A stretch of DNA of 64,000 nucleotides from an uncultured Eubacteriales bacterium (GTDB taxonomy: Bacteria > Bacillota > Clostridia > Oscillospirales > CAG-272): NCBI GenBank assembly GCA_958414825.1, contig CATYXQ010000004.1, forward strand, positions 8,667-72,666, read 5' to 3'. Made by a program: the position numbers and the translations under genes. The notes beneath the pieces were generated by a model that did not search any database, had not been told where the DNA came from, and saw nothing but the letters and a program-made list of their open reading frames with translations. Positions 61,765 through 64,000 of this stretch are shown here, one piece after another (position 1 is the stretch's first letter; every line of letters starts with the position of its first letter).

Positions 61765-62004
61765 TTTCATAATTTATAAGGTTTTGGGACGTCTCAACAG
61801 TGCAATATTATGCATTGGCGTATAATAACTTCACCTATAAACGTTTATTTTATCCTATACTTCACCAGACGTTTTAGGAAATTAGTGGAAGAATATGTAA
61901 ATTAATAGAAATAGTAAAGATTTTATAGTTGCTAAATCATTTCAGGTATAGTATAATTAATTTTATACATGAATCTTCAATTAAATGTGTGAAAGGGCGG
62001 TCGA

Positions 62005-64000
62005 ATGACCGGCGGAATTTCAAAGTTGTCAACATTGCAAGAAAAATATCTGCAGGTTAAGCGGGAGCTTTTTGATTTATATTATGCAGATCTGAACGAA
62101 ATACAGCGCCGCGCCGTATGTACCGTACATGGGCCGTTATTGGTTTTGGCGGGAGCAGGAAGCGGAAAAACGACGGTTCTTGTTCGGCGGATTGTACATA
62201 TTTTAAAATATGGGAATGCGTATTCCTGCGATTCGGTGCCTGAAAACTTATCGGAGCAGGTTTTCGAGGCGTGCGAGTCGGCAAAACAGTTGGATCATGA
62301 CGCATTGGGGGGATTTTTGCTTCGATTTTCAGAAGATTTTTGCCCACCGTGGGCTGTGCTGGCGATTACATTTACCAATAAAGCGGCAAAAGAAATTAAA
62401 GAACGCCTGCTTGCTGCCTTTGAGGATCCGCAGGCGGCGGACGGTATTTGGGCGGGAACGTTTCACTCGATTTGTATGCGTGTTTTGCGGAGTCATATTA
62501 CGCTTTTAGGGTATAAATCGGGATTTTCTATTTATGATACGGGAGATCAGAAAACATTGATTTCCTCATGCCTGAAAGAGTTGAATTTGGACGAGAAGAA
62601 ATTTCCGTCGAAAAATATTCTCAATTTAATCAGTCGTGCAAAGGATAAGCTGATGACGCCGGAGATGCTGCTTGCCGAATGTGAGACAGATTATTTGGTT
62701 TCGATTGCGGCAAAAGTCTATAAATTATATCAGCAACGGCTAAAAGAAGCGAATGCGCTGGATTTTGACGATATTATTATGCTGACTGTGCGTTTGTTTG
62801 AAGAAAATCCGGATGTATTGGCATTTTATCAGTCGAAGTTTAAATATATATGCGTGGATGAATATCAGGATACCAATCACGCACAATTTCGTCTGACGGC
62901 GCTTTTGGCAGCTAAGCATCGAAATATTATGGTGGTCGGAGATGATGATCAGAGCATTTATAAGTTCCGGGGGGCGACCATTGAAAATATTTTGAATTTT
63001 GACCATACTTATCCAGAAGCAAATGTTATTAAGCTTGAACAGAATTATCGATCTACAAAATGTATATTGAATGCGGCGAACGCAGTCATCAGCCAAAATT
63101 TCGGACGTAAAGGCAAAACGCTTTGGACAAACGGCGCGACCGGGCATAAAGTGACGGTCTTAGTTGCGGGCAATCAAAATGACGAGGCGCGGATGATTAT
63201 CAATAAAATCATTTCTCTTTCCGCAGCCGGACGTAAATACAGCGATTTTGCCATTTTGTATCGTATGAATGCGCAATCCGGCGTACTTGAGTCTGCTTTT
63301 GCCAAGAGCAGTATTCCATACCGTATTCTTAGCGGCGTGCGTTTTTATGATCGACGCGAGGTAAAAGATATTTTGGCGTATCTTTTTCTGATTGTCAATT
63401 TTGATGATACCCAGCGCCTGAAACGGATTATCAATGTGCCAAAACGTAAGATCGGTTCCGCAACTATGGATGCGGCGGAGGCGATTTCGAAAGAACTCGG
63501 TGTTTCTTTGTATGCCGTCATTCAAAATGCCGCACAATATCCGGCGATTTCGAGAAGTGCTTTAAAATTTATGGATTTTTGCAGTATGATCCGCGATTTG
63601 AAAGTTCTTTCCGATATGATTGGAGTGGCTGAATTTGTGAAGCGTGTGATTAATACAACGGGATACAGGCAGATGCTGGTTGACGAGGGGCAGGAAGGTG
63701 AAGAACGGTTGGAAAACCTTGAGGAACTGGTTTCTATAGCTGCTGATTATGAAACCCGTGCAGAGGAGCCCTCTCTCGTTGGTTTTCTTGAGGAAATTTC
63801 GCTGGTGGCTGATGTGGACAAATATGACGAAAACGCCGATGCTGTGGTGATGATGACAATTCATTCGGCAAAGGGACTTGAATTTCCGGTTGTGTTTGTA
63901 CCGGGAATGGAGGATGGCATATTCCCGGGGATGCAGTCGATGGACAGCACCGCAGAGTTGGAGGAAGAGCGCCGCTTGATGTATGTGGCCATTACACGCG
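62005..64000 (+). CDS. pcrA: ATP-dependent DNA helicase PcrA/UvrD (5' part; runs off the window)
   Basis: Not in the ORF track because there is no stop in the window. My own translation from ATG 62005 gives MTGGISKLSTLQEKYL...LNEIQRRAV...GPLLVLAGAGSGKTTVL...ITFTNKAAKEIKERL...VDEYQDTN. Confidence 0.9.
   Translation, partial: MTGGISKLSTLQEKYLQVKRELFDLYYADLNEIQRRAVCTVHGPLLVLAGAGSGKTTVLVRRIVHILKYGNAYSCDSVPENLSEQVFEACESAKQLDHDALGGFLLRFSEDFCPPWAVLAITFTNKAAKEIKERLLAAFEDPQAADGIWAGTFHSICMRVLRSHITLLGYKSGFSIYDTGDQKTLISSCLKELNLDEKKFPSKNILNLISRAKDKLMTPEMLLAECETDYLVSIAAKVYKLYQQRLKEANALDFDDIIMLTVRLFEENPDVLAFYQSKFKYICVDEYQDTNHAQFRLTALLAAKHRNIMVVGDDDQSIYKFRGATIENILNFDHTYPEANVIKLEQNYRSTKCILNAANAVISQNFGRKGKTLWTNGATGHKVTVLVAGNQNDEARMIINKIISLSAAGRKYSDFAILYRMNAQSGVLESAFAKSSIPYRILSGVRFYDRREVKDILAYLFLIVNFDDTQRLKRIINVPKRKIGSATMDAAEAISKELGVSLYAVIQNAAQYPAISRSALKFMDFCSMIRDLKVLSDMIGVAEFVKRVINTTGYRQMLVDEGQEGEERLENLEELVSIAADYETRAEEPSLVGFLEEISLVADVDKYDENADAVVMMTIHSAKGLEFPVVFVPGMEDGIFPGMQSMDSTAELEEERRLMYVAITR

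Overview
The window looks like a Clostridia-type (Firmicutes) chromosome carrying a prophage in the middle. No searches were run: all calls come from reading the ORF track and the sequence by eye.

Left host arm (1-16248):
- A cobalamin riboswitch on the minus strand sits in front of a 2008-aa SLH-anchored surface protein with DUF4430-like modules.
- Next comes a secreted alpha/alpha-toroid SLH protein that runs off the window edge.
- The rest is a hemolysin-III family protein, a SEDS protein, htpG, a PDT/ACT-like protein, a TSCPD protein and a phosphoglucomutase.

Prophage (16249-52673, about 36.4 kb):
- It is siphovirus-like and integrated into the 3' end of ssrA (tmRNA). It is bounded by an exact 20-bp direct repeat.
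- Modules are in the canonical order. From right to left these are integrase, a yefM-yoeB cassette, an XRE/ImmA pair, a second XRE switch and early/recombination genes. Then follow replication, a frameshifted methyltransferase, a sigma-like regulator, terminase, portal and capsid. Last come the tail and lysis modules.
- Non-canonical parts:
  - an AT-rich moron island with its own promoters and terminators, wedged between the tail chaperones and the tape measure;
  - a minor capsid protein fused to an HEXXH domain;
  - an early protein built from 18 tandem nonapeptide repeats;
  - a papain-like plus M23 lysis pair.

Right host arm (52674-64000): ssrA, smpB, rimM-trmD followed by an O-antigen-ligase-like gene and two DUF4330-like genes, ptsH, uvrC, rsmD, coaD, a DUF3795-like gene and the start of pcrA.

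Many long ORFs in the track are antisense shadows and were rejected.
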